Below are positions 30,275 to 46,510 of a DNA stretch of 64,000 bases, piece by piece (position 1 is the stretch's first letter; each line of letters opens with the position of its first letter). Source of the stretch: an uncultured delta proteobacterium (GTDB lineage: Bacteria; Desulfobacterota; Binatia; JACPRU01); the NCBI GenBank assembly GCA_963745025.1, contig CAVUWD010000011.1:32001-96000 (forward strand), in the 5' to 3' direction. The position numbers and the translations under genes are program-made. Below the pieces are notes generated by a model. It saw only the letters and a program-made list of their open reading frames with translations. It made no database searches and was not told the DNA's origin.

Positions 30275-31825
30275 ATGGGAGTCAAGGAAAATCTCGAAGA
30301 ACTGGCTCGCCGCAGCGCCGAAGCAGAGCGCGGCGGCGGCGAGGAGAGGATCCGCAAGCAGCACGAAGCGGGGAAGCTCACGGCGCGCGAGCGCGTCGAT
30401 GCGCTGCTCGATCCCGCGACGTTCGTCGAGGTCGACAAGTTCAAGACCCATCGCTCGACCGACTTCGGGATGCAGGAGAGGAAGATCCTCGGCGACGGCG
30501 TGGTCACCGGGTACGGGAAGATCGACGGCCGGCTCGTCTACGTATTCTCACAAGACTTCACGGTCTTCGGCGGCAGCCTTTCCGGGGCGTTCGCCGAGAA
30601 GGTCGTGAAGATCATGGACCTGGCGATGAAGACCGGCGCGCCGGTCATCGGGCTCAACGACTCGGGCGGAGCGCGAATCCAGGAGGGCGTGGTCAGCCTC
30701 GCCGGCTACGCGGACATCTTCCTGCGCAACGTGCTCAGCAGCGGCGTCGTACCGCAGATCTCGGCGATCATGGGGCCGTGCGCCGGCGGCGCCGTCTACT
30801 CCCCCGCGATGACCGACTTCATCTTCATGGTCGAGCAGACGAGCTACATGTTCATCACCGGCCCGGAGGTGATCAAGACCGTCACCCACGAAGAGGTTAC
30901 CAAGGAGGATCTCGGCGGCGCCCACGCTCACAACAGCAAGAGCGGCGTCGCGCACTTCGCCGCCCCCGACGAGAAGCAGTGCCTGGCGATGATCCGCGAG
31001 CTCCTGAGCTTCGTGCCGAGCAACAATCTCGAGGATCCGCCGTTCCAGCCCAACGACGACGACCCCAACCGCCGCGACGAGGCGCTCGACCTGCTGATTC
31101 CTCCCAACCCGAACAAGCCCTACGACATGAAGGAGCTCATCACCGCGGTGGTCGATGAGAATTACTTCTTCGAGGTGCAGCGCGAGTATGCCGAGAACAT
31201 CATCGTCGGCTTCGCGCGGCTCGGCGGGCGCTCGGTCGGCATCGTCGCCAACCAGCCGGCGCACCTCGCTGGCTGCCTCGACATCAGCGCTTCGATCAAG
31301 GCCGCCCGCTTCGTCCGCTTTTGCGATTGCTTCAACATCCCGCTCGTCACGTTCGTGGACGTGCCGGGCTTCTTGCCGGGGACTGCGCAAGAATACGGCG
31401 GTATCATCACCCACGGAGCCAAGCTTCTCTACGCGTTCTGCGAGGCCACGGTGCCGAAGGTCACCGTGATCACGCGCAAAGCGTACGGCGGAGCCTACGA
31501 CGTCATGTCGTCCAAGCACATCCGCGGCGACATCAACTACGCCTATCCGGGTGCAGAGATTGCGGTCATGGGCCCGGACGGCGCCGTCAGCATCATCTTC
31601 AACGATCAGATCCGCAAATCGAAGAAGCCCGACGAGGAGCGGATGCGTCTGGTGGACGAGTACCGGCACACCTTCGCCAATCCATGGAAGGTCGCGGAGC
31701 TCGGTTACATCGACGACATCATCATGCCCGAGGACACGCGTCCGCGGCTCATCAAGGCGCTGGAGATGTTGCAGAACAAGCGCGACAAGAATCCTGCGAA
31801 GAAGCATGGAAACATTCCGCTGTGA
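30275..31825 (+). CDS. pccB: propionyl-CoA carboxylase carboxyltransferase subunit
   Basis: [50 protein letters not shown]. Confidence 0.93.
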   Translation: MGVKENLEELARRSAEAERGGGEERIRKQHEAGKLTARERVDALLDPATFVEVDKFKTHRSTDFGMQERKILGDGVVTGYGKIDGRLVYVFSQDFTVFGGSLSGAFAEKVVKIMDLAMKTGAPVIGLNDSGGARIQEGVVSLAGYADIFLRNVLSSGVVPQISAIMGPCAGGAVYSPAMTDFIFMVEQTSYMFITGPEVIKTVTHEEVTKEDLGGAHAHNSKSGVAHFAAPDEKQCLAMIRELLSFVPSNNLEDPPFQPNDDDPNRRDEALDLLIPPNPNKPYDMKELITAVVDENYFFEVQREYAENIIVGFARLGGRSVGIVANQPAHLAGCLDISASIKAARFVRFCDCFNIPLVTFVDVPGFLPGTAQEYGGIITHGAKLLYAFCEATVPKVTVITRKAYGGAYDVMSSKHIRGDINYAYPGAEIAVMGPDGAVSIIFNDQIRKSKKPDEERMRLVDEYRHTFANPWKVAELGYIDDIIMPEDTRPRLIKALEMLQNKRDKNPAKKHGNIPL

Positions 31826-31833
31826 GGAAAGAC

Positions 31834-31915
31834 GGCTACAGGTTACTGGCTACAGGCTCCGGGAAAAGACTCCGTGGATCCTCTCCTGTAGCCCGTAGCC
31901 CGTAGCCCGTAGCCC
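31834..31915. repeat. GGCTACR heptamer inverted-repeat element, copy 4
   Basis: ggctacaggttactggctacaggctccggg ... ctgtagcccgtagcccgtagcccgtagccc. Confidence 0.88.
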
Positions 31916-31916
31916 G

Positions 31917-33419
<1,503 letters not shown>

Positions 33420-33422
33420 TCC

Positions 33423-33929
33423 ATGTCCCGGGTGTTCGTCGCCAAGCTCGACGATCGAGAGTTTGTAGTCGAGGTCGAGCCCGCGGGATCGTCGCTCTAT
33501 CGGATCCGCATCGACGGCTCGGAGCAATTCGTCGATGCCCGCGTGGTCGCGGGCGGGCTCTCGCTCTTGATCGAGGGCAAGAACCACGAAGTCAGCTTGA
33601 CCCGATCCGCCGACGATTTCGACGTGCTGCTCGAGAACCGGCGCTTCCGTTTCCGCCTTCTCACCGAGGAGCGCGCCCGGCGGGCGTCCGCCCGTGGCGG
33701 CCGCGAGACGAGCGGCCGGCGCGAGGTCAAAGCGTCCATGCCCGGGAAGGTCATCGACGTGCTCGTGAGCGTCGGCGAACGCGTCGAGCCGAAGCAGGGC
33801 CTGCTCGTGATCGAAGCGATGAAGATGGAGAACGAGATCAAGAGCTCGGGTGCGGGCGAGGTGAAGGAGATCCACGTCGAGCGAGGCCAGGCCGTCGAGT
33901 CCGGAGAAGTCCTGCTGGTGTTGGAGTAG
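33423..33929 (+). CDS. biotin carboxyl carrier protein
   Basis: ASMPG, EAMKMENE. Confidence 0.92.
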   Translation: MSRVFVAKLDDREFVVEVEPAGSSLYRIRIDGSEQFVDARVVAGGLSLLIEGKNHEVSLTRSADDFDVLLENRRFRFRLLTEERARRASARGGRETSGRREVKASMPGKVIDVLVSVGERVEPKQGLLVIEAMKMENEIKSSGAGEVKEIHVERGQAVESGEVLLVLE

Positions 33930-33941
33930 CAGACCACTCTC

Positions 33942-35733
33942 ATGACGACCGAGCTGGAAGTTGGCCTCTACATCTTCATCCTCGCGGGATTTCTCGGCTA
34001 CCACATCATCACGCGGGTCCCGCCCCTGCTGCATACGCCGCTCATGTCGGCGACCAACGCGATCTCGGGGATCTCCCTGATCGGCTCACTCGTCGTCACC
34101 GGGGCCGACTACAGCCGGCTCAGCACGATTCTCGGGACGATCGCAGTCGCCTGCTCCTCGACCAACGTGGTCGGCGGCTTCCTGATCACCGACCGCATGC
34201 TCAAGATGTTCAAGAAAGCTGGCGAGGAGGGCGAGATCGAGCGGCGGCGGGAGCGCGTGATGCTTCTGGTCTTCGGCGTGCTGGTCGTTGCGGTCATCGC
34301 CTTCCTCTACGCCTTCAGTAGGGCGAGCGGCGAAGCCGCGGCGCGGAGCGCGCTCGCGGAACACGCGCTGCGCTACTTCTACATCTTCTCCGCATTCCTC
34401 TTCATCCTCGGCCTGAAGGGACTCTCCTCACCCCGCTACGCACGCCGCGGCATGTTCCTCGCCGAGTTCGGCATGGTGCTGGCAGTCGCCGGCACGCTCT
34501 TCCATCCCGAGATCAAGAGCTACGGCTGGATCGTCGTCGGCACGGTGGTCGGGGTCCGTGGTCGGCGGTGCAATGGGTTTGCAGATCCCGATGACCGCCG
34601 TTCCGCAGCGTACCGCGCTCTCGCACTCGCTCGGCGCGCTCGCCGCTACGCTGATCGGCGTGGCCGAATTCATGCGGCACGGCGCCGGCATCGACACCGT
34701 CAAGATGACCGCGATCGGCCTCGAGGTGATGATCGGCGGTCTCACGTTCACGGGGAGCTTGATGGCCGCCGCCAAGCTGCAGGAGCTGCTCCCCGGCACG
34801 CCGATCACCTACCGCGGCCAGAACGTCTCCAACATCTCGCTGCTCGGGATCATGCTCGCGAGCTGGATCACGCTGATCTTCGTTCCCTCGGTGACCCCGC
34901 TCTTCTTCGTCATGGTCGGTCTCGCGCTGTTATTCGGCTTCCTGCTCGTCGTGCCGATCGGCGCCGCCGACATGCCGGTCGTCATCGCGCTGCTCAACTC
35001 CTACGCCGGACTCGCCGACGCCTCGATGGGCTTCGTGCTGATGAACAAGATCCAGATCATCACCGGCTCGCTCGACGGCACCTCGGGATTCCTGCTTTCG
35101 CTCCTCATGTGCCGAGCGATGAATCGCTCGGCGACGAACGTGCTGTTCGGAGCGTTCGGCAAGATCGAAGCCGAGGCGGAGGGACCCGCAGCGGAGGCCA
35201 AGGGGACCGTGCGCTCGATCGTCCCGGACGAGGTGCCGGGCCTTCTCGACGGCGCCCATTCGGTGGTCATCGTGCCCGGCTACGGCATGGCCGTGGCGCA
35301 GGCGCAGCAAGGCGTCGCCGAGTTCGCGCGGCTCCTCGGCAGGCGCGGGATCGACGTGAAGTACGCGATCCATCCCGTCGCAGGCCGCATGCCGGGACAC
35401 ATGAACGTGCTGCTCGCCGAGGCGGACGTGCCCTACGATCAGCTCTGGGAGATGGAGCAGATCAATCCCTATTTCCCCGAGGTCGATCTCGCGCTCGTGG
35501 TCGGCGCCAACGACGTCACCAACCCGGCGGCGAAGAGCAACAAGTCGAGCCCGCTCTACGGCATGCCGATTCTGGAGGTCGATCGCGCCAAGGCGATCAT
35601 CGTGCTGAAGCGCAGCATGCGGCCCGGTTTCGCCGGCGTCGACAACGAGCTCTACTACAACGAGAAGTGCATGATGCTCTTCGGTGACGCCAAGGAGAGT
35701 TTGACCAAGCTTTTCCTGGCGTTTAAGTCGTAA
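33942..35733 (+). CDS. pntB: NAD(P) transhydrogenase alpha2-beta fusion (one frameshift near 34555)
   Basis: LHTPLMSATNAISG and DRMLKMF (alpha2) in frame with LGLKGLSSP (beta); then MTAVPQ, ADMPVVIALLNSY, PGYGMAVAQAQ, HPVAGRMPGHMN. Confidence 0.85.
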
Positions 35734-35901
35734 TGAGGCAGCGGTGCGCAGGGGAGCTGGCGGGTTAACAGCGCGCTGCCCGGACCGTGACCTCCCGCGC
35801 CCGCAGCTCATTCGCCCTGGTGCAAATGGAGCCGTCTTGCGGCGGCTCATCCGCTCGACGTGAGGCACGGCTCCGATCGTGCGATCATCTCAAGAGGTGA
35901 C

Positions 35902-36798
35902 ATGGCACGTAGAGGCAAGAACGCCCGCACGGTGACCCTCGGTCTCGTGCAGATGCGCTGCGGCGACAAGCCGGCGGACAATCTGGACAGGGCGATCGAG
36001 CGTATCCGGCGTGCGGCGCGCGACGGCGCCGACGTCGTCTGTCTGCAAGAGCTCTTTCGCTCGCGTTACTTCTGCCAGAAGGAAGACGTCGCGCTCTTCC
36101 GGCTCGCAGAGACGATCCCCGGGCCGACCACTCGCGCGCTCGCGAAGCTCGCCCGCGAGAAACGGATCGTCGTCGTCGCGTCGCTTTTCGAGAAGCGGGC
36201 CGACGGGGTCTATCACAACACCGCCGTCGTCCTCGACGCCGACGGCACGATCGTCGGCAAGTATCGCAAGATGCATATCCCCGATGATCCCCTCTATTAC
36301 GAGAAGTTCTACTTCACGCCGGGCGATCTCGGTTTCCGAAGCTTCGCCACCCGGCGCGCGAAGATCGGCACGCTCGTCTGCTGGGACCAGTGGTTTCCGG
36401 AGGGCGCGCGCCTCACCGCGCTTGCGGGCGCCGAGATCCTCTTCTATCCGACGGCGATCGGCTGGCTCGACGGCGCGACGCCGGAAGTCAACGAGTCGCA
36501 GCGCGACGCTTGGGAAACGTCGCAGCGTGCGCACGCGATCGCCAACGGCGTGTTCGTCGCGGCCGTGAATCGCGTCGGCGAGGAAGGAAACCTGACCTTC
36601 TGGGGGAATTCCTTCGTCGCCGATCCCTTTGGCCGCGTGCTCGCCCGCGCCTCGAGCGAGCGCGAAGAGACGCTGATCGTCCCGTGCGACCTCGACCGAA
36701 TCGACGAGGTGAGGACGAACTGGCCGTTCCTTCGCGACCGACGGATCGACGCGTACGGCCCTATCACCCGGCGGTTGCTCGATGAACCATCGGAATAG
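35902..36798 (+). CDS. aguB: N-carbamoylputrescine amidase (nitrilase family)
   Basis: LQELF, YRKMHIPDDPLYYEKFYF, CWDQWFPE; adjacent to aguA. Confidence 0.88.
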   Translation: MARRGKNARTVTLGLVQMRCGDKPADNLDRAIERIRRAARDGADVVCLQELFRSRYFCQKEDVALFRLAETIPGPTTRALAKLAREKRIVVVASLFEKRADGVYHNTAVVLDADGTIVGKYRKMHIPDDPLYYEKFYFTPGDLGFRSFATRRAKIGTLVCWDQWFPEGARLTALAGAEILFYPTAIGWLDGATPEVNESQRDAWETSQRAHAIANGVFVAAVNRVGEEGNLTFWGNSFVADPFGRVLARASSEREETLIVPCDLDRIDEVRTNWPFLRDRRIDAYGPITRRLLDEPSE

Positions 36799-36854
36799 AG
36801 CCCATGTAGTAGGGCCCCGGTCTTCGCCGAGAACGCGCCGCCAAGACAGAAGAC

Positions 36855-36966
36855 GCGGCTGGCTGCCGTCGATCCGTACTCGGGTCGACGGCAGCCAGCC
36901 GCAACCGCGCGGAGCGCGGAAGGGAATCGCCCTGCGGATTCGTTCATCGCTTCCGCACTCTGCGCG
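36855..36966. repeat. multi-hairpin repeat element, copy A (two hairpins)
   Basis: gcggctggctgccg-tcgatccgtactcgggtcga-cggcagccagccgc followed by aaccgcgcggagcgcggaag...cttccgcactctgcgcg. Confidence 0.85.
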
Positions 36967-36981
36967 CCGGCTGCTCGACGA

Positions 36982-38019
36982 ATGATCCGAGACACCCCGC
37001 GCGCCCTCGGCTACCGCATGCCCGCCGAGTGGGAGCCACACGCTGCGACGTGGCTCTCCTGGCCCCACAACGTCGACAGTTGGCCCGGAAAGTTCGAGCC
37101 CGTGCCGGACATCTTCGCCCAGATCGTCGCCACGCTCCACGAGCACGAGGCGGTCCACATCCTCGCCGGCAGCGCCGATCTCGAGGACTCGGCACGCCGG
37201 GCGCTCCGCGCGCGCGGCTGCGAAGCGCCGAACGTGCGCTTCTTCCGGATCCCCACGAACGACGCCTGGATGCGCGACCACGGGCCGATCTTCGTCGTCC
37301 ATCCCGAGCGCGGGCTGGCGCTCACGAAGTGGAAGTACAACGCCTGGGGCGGCAAGTATCCGCCCTACGATCTCGACGACCAGGTGCCGGCGCGGATCAA
37401 CGAAGATCTTCGCTTGCCGGTCTTCGAGCCCGGCATCGTCCTCGAAGGAGGATCGATCGACGTGAACGGTCGCGGGACGTTGCTGACGACCGAATCGTGT
37501 CTCTTGAATCCGAATCGCAATCCGGGGCTCGCCCGGCTCGAGATCGAAGAACGCCTGCGCGCCTATCTCGGCGTGGAGAACGTGCTCTGGCTCGGCGACG
37601 GGATTGTCGGCGACGACACCGACGGGCACATCGACGACCTCAGCCGATTCGTCGATCCGACCACCGTCGTCACTGCCGTCGAGGACGATCCCGCCGACGA
37701 GAACTACCGCGCGCTGCAGGCGAACCACGATCGGTTGCGAGCGATGAAGGATCAGAGTGGGCGGCGGCTCGACGTCGTCACGCTGCCGATGCCGCCCGCG
37801 ATCTACTACGACGGCCGCCGCCTTCCAGCGAGCTACGCGAACTTCTACATCGGCAACGGCGCCGTGCTGGTACCGGTCTTCGGCCACCCCCGCGACAATG
37901 TCGCCTGCGATACGCTCGCACGCCTCTTTCCTGGGCGTCGAATCGCGCGGATCCCGTCGACCGATCTCGTCTGGGGGCTCGGCGCGATCCATTGCGTGAC
38001 CCAGCAGCAGCCCCGCTAA
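36982..38019 (+). CDS. aguA: agmatine deiminase
   Basis: MPAEWEPH, DAWMRDHGP, EGGSIDVNG, DDTDGHID, GAIHCVTQQQP. Confidence 0.95.
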   Translation: MIRDTPRALGYRMPAEWEPHAATWLSWPHNVDSWPGKFEPVPDIFAQIVATLHEHEAVHILAGSADLEDSARRALRARGCEAPNVRFFRIPTNDAWMRDHGPIFVVHPERGLALTKWKYNAWGGKYPPYDLDDQVPARINEDLRLPVFEPGIVLEGGSIDVNGRGTLLTTESCLLNPNRNPGLARLEIEERLRAYLGVENVLWLGDGIVGDDTDGHIDDLSRFVDPTTVVTAVEDDPADENYRALQANHDRLRAMKDQSGRRLDVVTLPMPPAIYYDGRRLPASYANFYIGNGAVLVPVFGHPRDNVACDTLARLFPGRRIARIPSTDLVWGLGAIHCVTQQQPR

Positions 38020-38131
38020 GGGCAAGCTCGACTTTCGGGATCCGACCGCCGCGACCGGCTCGACGTTCTGTAGCGACCGAATCGATCGTCGGATTGACTG
38101 AGTGCCTGCGGAATCCTACCTTCGGCCGGTC

Positions 38132-39802
38132 ATGGCGGATGCCAAGGAGATCGACGAGGCGCGGCACGCCTGGGAAGAGCGGGCGGTCATCAAGACGCTC
38201 AAGAAATCTCCCGAGCGCCGGGAGAAATTCGAGACCAGCTCCGGCGTCGAGGTGAAACGGCTCTACACGCCGTCCGACACCGCGAGTCACGATTACCTCC
38301 GCGACGCCGGCTTTCCCGGCGACTATCCCTTCACCCGCGGCGTGCAGCCGACGATGTACCGCGGCCGATTCTGGACGATGCGGCAATACGCGGGCTTCGG
38401 CACGGCGGAGGAATCCAACCGCCGCTATCGCTATCTTCTCTCGCACGGCACGACCGGTCTCTCGGTCGCGTTCGACCTGCCGACGCAGATGGGTCTCGAC
38501 TCGGACCACCCGCGCGCCGTGGGCGAGGTGGGCCGCGTCGGCGTCGCCATCGACTCGCTCGACGACATGGAGACGCTGCTTCGCGGCATCCCGCTCGACA
38601 AGGTTTCCACCTCGATGACGATCAACGCGACCGCGTCGATCCTGCTCGCGCTCTACCTGGCGGTCGCCGAGAAGCAAGGCGTGCCCTGGGAAAAGGTCAA
38701 CGGCACGGTCCAGAACGACGTGCTCAAGGAATACATCGCCCGCGGCACCTACATCTATCCGCCAGCGCCGTCGATGCGCATCATCACCGACATTTTCCGC
38801 TTCTGCACCGAGCGGGTGCCCAACTGGAACACGATCTCGATCTCGGGCTACCACATCCGCGAGGCAGGCTCGACGGCGGTTCAGGAAGTCGCGTTCACGC
38901 TCGCCAACGGCATCGCCTACGTCGAGGCGGCGCTCGGTGCCGGTCAGAGCGTCGACGATTTCGCACCGCGTCTCGCGTTCTTCTTCAACGTCCACAACAA
39001 TTTCTTCGAGGAGATCGCCAAGTTCCGTGCGGTGCGTCGGCTCTGGGCGAAGATCATGCGCGAGCGCTTCGGCGCCAAGGAGCCGAAGAGCTGGATGCTC
39101 CGCTTCCACTCGCAGACCGCGGGTTCGACCTTGACCGCGCAGCAACCCGACAACAACGTGGTTCGCGTGACGGTGCAGGCGCTCGCCGCCGTGCTCGGTG
39201 GCACGCAGAGCCTGCACACGAATTCCCGTGACGAGGCGCTCGCGCTGCCGAGCGAGGCGGCGGCCAAGCTCGCGCTGCGAACCCAGCAGATCGTGGCCTG
39301 CGAGTCCGGTGCGGCCGACACCATCGATCCCATGGCCGGCAGCTACTACGTCGAGTCGCTGACCGACGAGATCCAGGGCCGCGCCGAGGAATACCTCGGA
39401 CGGATCGACAAGATGGGCGGCGCCGTGCGGGCGATCGAGGCAGGCTTCCAGGCGCGCGAGATTCAGAACGCGGCCTACCGCTTCCAACAGGACATCGAGA
39501 AGAAAAGGGAGATCGTCGTCGGCGTCAACGACTTCGTCGAAGACAAGGAGTTGCCGACCGAGATTCTACGGATCGATCCGAAGCTCGAAGAGGAGCAGAA
39601 GGTGCGGGTTCGGGCCGTGCGGGCCCGTCGCGACGCGACGCGCGCCGCGCAGGCGATGGAGGCGCTCGATCAAGCGGCCGCGGGCCGCGACAACCTGATG
39701 CCCGCGATCATCGAGGCCGTGCGGAGCTACGTCACGCTCGGCGAGATCTCCGACGTGCTCCGGCGCCGTTTCGACGAATACCGTCCGCAGATCGCAGTCT
39801 GA
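38132..39802 (+). CDS. methylmalonyl-CoA mutase large (substrate-binding) subunit, split type
   Basis: [44 protein letters not shown]; no B12-binding domain. Confidence 0.9.
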   Translation: MADAKEIDEARHAWEERAVIKTLKKSPERREKFETSSGVEVKRLYTPSDTASHDYLRDAGFPGDYPFTRGVQPTMYRGRFWTMRQYAGFGTAEESNRRYRYLLSHGTTGLSVAFDLPTQMGLDSDHPRAVGEVGRVGVAIDSLDDMETLLRGIPLDKVSTSMTINATASILLALYLAVAEKQGVPWEKVNGTVQNDVLKEYIARGTYIYPPAPSMRIITDIFRFCTERVPNWNTISISGYHIREAGSTAVQEVAFTLANGIAYVEAALGAGQSVDDFAPRLAFFFNVHNNFFEEIAKFRAVRRLWAKIMRERFGAKEPKSWMLRFHSQTAGSTLTAQQPDNNVVRVTVQALAAVLGGTQSLHTNSRDEALALPSEAAAKLALRTQQIVACESGAADTIDPMAGSYYVESLTDEIQGRAEEYLGRIDKMGGAVRAIEAGFQAREIQNAAYRFQQDIEKKREIVVGVNDFVEDKELPTEILRIDPKLEEEQKVRVRAVRARRDATRAAQAMEALDQAAAGRDNLMPAIIEAVRSYVTLGEISDVLRRRFDEYRPQIAV

Positions 39803-39807
39803 AGAGC

Positions 39808-39860
39808 GGCTACCGGCTTCCGGCAAAGACATCGCGCACTCTATTGCGGTAGCCGGCAGC
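39808..39860. repeat. GGCTACR heptamer inverted-repeat element, copy 5 (short)
   Basis: ggctaccggcttccggcaaagac ... ggtagccggcagc; left arm identical to part of copy 2. Confidence 0.75.
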
Positions 39861-40028
39861 TGCATCGGCCGGAGACGGTTCGCGACCAACGGGAGCGATC
39901 CGCAATGCAGCCTCCTCGCGCGGGAGACGCTTCCGCTCGCCTCACAAGTGAAGCGGGTGTCAAGCATCTGCGAAAGTTTGCGCTTCCCGTTTACAGCCGA
40001 GCCACGACGCGCTATCGAGACCAGATCG

Positions 40029-42140
<2,112 letters not shown>

Positions 42141-42192
42141 CGCTCCGGCGACGACTCAGGCTTGGCCACACGCGCTGGAAATTCCTGAAGCC

Positions 42193-42381
42193 GCTGGATC
42201 TTCCGGTCGGCCCGTGCTCGGGTCGACCGGAAGATCCAGCCACCGCGCGCAAGCGCGGAGAGCAATAGACCATCTCGTGGGTTATTAGCTTCCGCGCTCC
42301 GCGCGGTTGCGGTCGGTTGTGATCGGCCCGTACTCGGGTCGATCACAACCGACCGCGCTCTTCGTCGTTCCGAAGCATTCG
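42193..42381. repeat. multi-hairpin repeat element, copy B (three hairpins; inverted relative to copy D)
   Basis: two flanking hairpins with ccgt(a/g)ctcggg core around a central cgcgc..agcgcgga/tccgcgctccgcgcgg hairpin. Confidence 0.88.
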
Positions 42382-42435
42382 AGGCGAAGACTGAGGCGTC
42401 ACGCGGCGCGAAATTTTCTCCGCGAAATTTTATTC

Positions 42436-42464
42436 TTGACTCCTCCGTTGACGAGTCCTAAAGT
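42436..42464 (+). promoter_or_regulatory. sigma70-type promoter with AT-rich upstream tract
   Basis: TTGACT-17 bp-TAAAGT, preceded by aaattttctccgcgaaattttattc. Confidence 0.7.
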
Positions 42465-42470
42465 GACCAC

Positions 42471-42575
42471 GGTGCTCGATCGGTAGTGAGCACCGAGATC
42501 GGCGACTCTCTGGGGTCGCCCGGGGCTGCTGAAGGAAGAAAAGGATCCGTTCTTCTCTCAGCGGCCTTCGTTTTT
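42471..42575 (+). ncRNA. candidate small RNA or attenuating leader (three hairpins plus terminator)
   Basis: hairpins ggtgctc/gagcacc, ggcgactc/gggtcgcc and ggctgctga...tcagcggcc, followed by cgttttt. Confidence 0.55.
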
Positions 42576-42599
42576 CCCGTGTCTCGCTGCTTGCTATAG

Positions 42600-44633
<2,034 letters not shown>

Positions 44634-44718
44634 GCAAGGAGGCTACGTTACAGGTCGCTCCCGTTGGCCGCGATCCCGGCCGGTCGCACAGACTGCCGAG
44701 CGAGCAAAGGAGGTTCCC

Positions 44719-45945
44719 GTGGAGGCATCGAGCTCCGAGACCCGTATCTTCTCTGGCATCCGCGTGCTGGATTTCACCCAGTATCTCGCCGGGCCGACGG
44801 TCACGCGCTTCATGGCCGAGCTCGGCGCCACGGTCATCAAGGTCGAGAGCGCGCCCGGAGGCGATCCGTCCCGGCAGCTCCCCTTCATTCGCGACGGACG
44901 CAGCGCCTACTTCGTCCAGCAAAACCGCGGCAAGCGGAGCCTGTGCGTCGATCTCTCGAAGGAGGAGGGCGTCGCGCTCGTGCGCGAGCTGGCAGGGAAG
45001 GTCGACGTCGTGGTCGAGAACTTCGGCCCCGGCGTTCTCGACAAGCGGGGCCTCGGCTCGGCGGATCTGTGCTCGAGCCATCCCGGGCTGATCATGGCAT
45101 CGATCTCCGCCTTCGGGCGCACCGGGCCACTCGCTGGCAAGGTCGGCTTCGACCTCATGGCGCAGGCGTTCTCCGGCATCTGTCACATGACGGGCGACCC
45201 GGCAGGACCGCCGCAGTTCGTTCACGCGGGCATCGCCGACGTCGTGGCCGGCGTGCACGCGTTCGGCGCGATCGCGGCCGCGCTCTTCCATCGCAGCCGT
45301 ACCGGCCGCGGCCAGGCCATCGACATCGCGCTCGTGGACTCGCTCTATCACGCACACGAGCTGAACGTTCAGGCGTTCGCCAACAGCGGCGGCGCCTACG
45401 TGCCGATCCGCGGCGGCTCACAGCATCCGCTGACGGGCCCCTACGGCATCTATCGCGCTCCGCAGGGCTGGATCGCGCTCCTGGTGCTCGACCGGCAGTG
45501 GCCGGGGATGGTAGCGGCGCTCGATCGCCCCGATCTGCTCGCGGACCCTCGGTTCGCGACCGGGCCGGCGCGCGGACAGAACCGCGCCGAGCTGACCCGG
45601 ATCGTCGAGGAATGGATGGGCACCTTCGCGAGCGATGCCGCCGTGCTCGAGAGGCTCGAGCGTCACCGCGTGCCGGCGGCTCCCGTGCTCTCTGTCGCCG
45701 ACACCGTGAGCCATCCGTATTTTCAAGCACGCGAAATGATCCGACGCGTGCCGGATCCGATTCTCGGCGAGGTGACGATTCCAGGATTTCCGCTCAAGTT
45801 CTCCGAGTTTCCCGAACTGCCCGCTCTCCAGGCGCCGCTCCTCGGCGAGCACAACGCGGAGGTGCTTCGCGAGCAGCTCGGCTTCGATGACGCCCGCGTG
45901 CGCGATCTGACCGAGCGCGGGGTGTTGCACTCGAATCGGAGGTGA
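44719..45945 (+). CDS. family III CoA-transferase (CaiB/BaiF)
   Basis: RVLDFTQYLAGP, LGATVIKVE, NRGKRS, ENFGPG, APLLGEHN. Confidence 0.92.
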   Translation: MEASSSETRIFSGIRVLDFTQYLAGPTVTRFMAELGATVIKVESAPGGDPSRQLPFIRDGRSAYFVQQNRGKRSLCVDLSKEEGVALVRELAGKVDVVVENFGPGVLDKRGLGSADLCSSHPGLIMASISAFGRTGPLAGKVGFDLMAQAFSGICHMTGDPAGPPQFVHAGIADVVAGVHAFGAIAAALFHRSRTGRGQAIDIALVDSLYHAHELNVQAFANSGGAYVPIRGGSQHPLTGPYGIYRAPQGWIALLVLDRQWPGMVAALDRPDLLADPRFATGPARGQNRAELTRIVEEWMGTFASDAAVLERLERHRVPAAPVLSVADTVSHPYFQAREMIRRVPDPILGEVTIPGFPLKFSEFPELPALQAPLLGEHNAEVLREQLGFDDARVRDLTERGVLHSNRR

Positions 45946-45949
45946 CCGC

Positions 45950-46225
45950 GTGGGGGCAGTCCGCGTCGAGCTTCGCATCCAGGGACGCGTGCAAGGAGTT
46001 TTCTACCGCGCCTCCGCCCATCGGCAGGCGCGGGTGCTCGGTCTCTCCGGCTATGCGGAGAATCTCGACGACGGCTCCGTCGGTGTCGTCGCCGAGGGAG
46101 AGGAATCGGCGATCGAGAACTTCATCGCCTGGTGCCGCATCGGGCCGCCATCGGCGCGGGTGCGCCGCATCGACATCACGCGCACCCCGCCAACCGGCGA
46201 GTTCACCGACTTCGAGGTGCGCTAG
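45950..46225 (+). CDS. acyP: acylphosphatase
   Basis: GRVQGVFYR, GYAENLDDGSV, GPPSARV. Confidence 0.92.
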   Translation: MGAVRVELRIQGRVQGVFYRASAHRQARVLGLSGYAENLDDGSVGVVAEGEESAIENFIAWCRIGPPSARVRRIDITRTPPTGEFTDFEVR

Positions 46226-46260
46226 ACGTCTCCCCCACCCCAGGTGTTTCGGGCCACACT

Positions 46261-46279
46261 CTCTCCCCAATGGGGAGAG
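46261..46279. terminator. hairpin between convergent genes
   Basis: ctctcccc-aat-ggggagag. Confidence 0.4.
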
Positions 46280-46294
46280 GCGCTCTGCTCCCCC

Positions 46295-46507
46295 TTACGG
46301 CGCCTTCGGCCGCTGTGGCGGGGCGTCGACGTCGGTGTCGGTGACGAACGGATTCAGGCCGCCGCCGAGACGCCCTCCGGGCGGCAAAGTGGGCCCGGGC
46401 GCGGTCGTCTGCCACCTCACGGCCGGCCCGCCGCCGTGAAAATAGTCGCGCTCGTAGATCCAGTAGACGCACCCCAGCAAAACCAGCAGAAGAATCCATC
46501 GAAGCAT
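46295..46507 (-). CDS. small membrane-anchored hypothetical protein
   Basis: MLRWILLLVLLGCVYWIY; starts 3 bp after upstream stop. Confidence 0.55.
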   Translation of the reverse strand: MLRWILLLVLLGCVYWIYERDYFHGGGPAVRWQTTAPGPTLPPGGRLGGGLNPFVTDTDVDAPPQRPKAP

Positions 46508-46510
46508 CGC

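Noticed and set aside
42471-42575. tRNA gene
   Set aside because: No acceptor stem closing the hairpins, no TTC T-loop and no CCA
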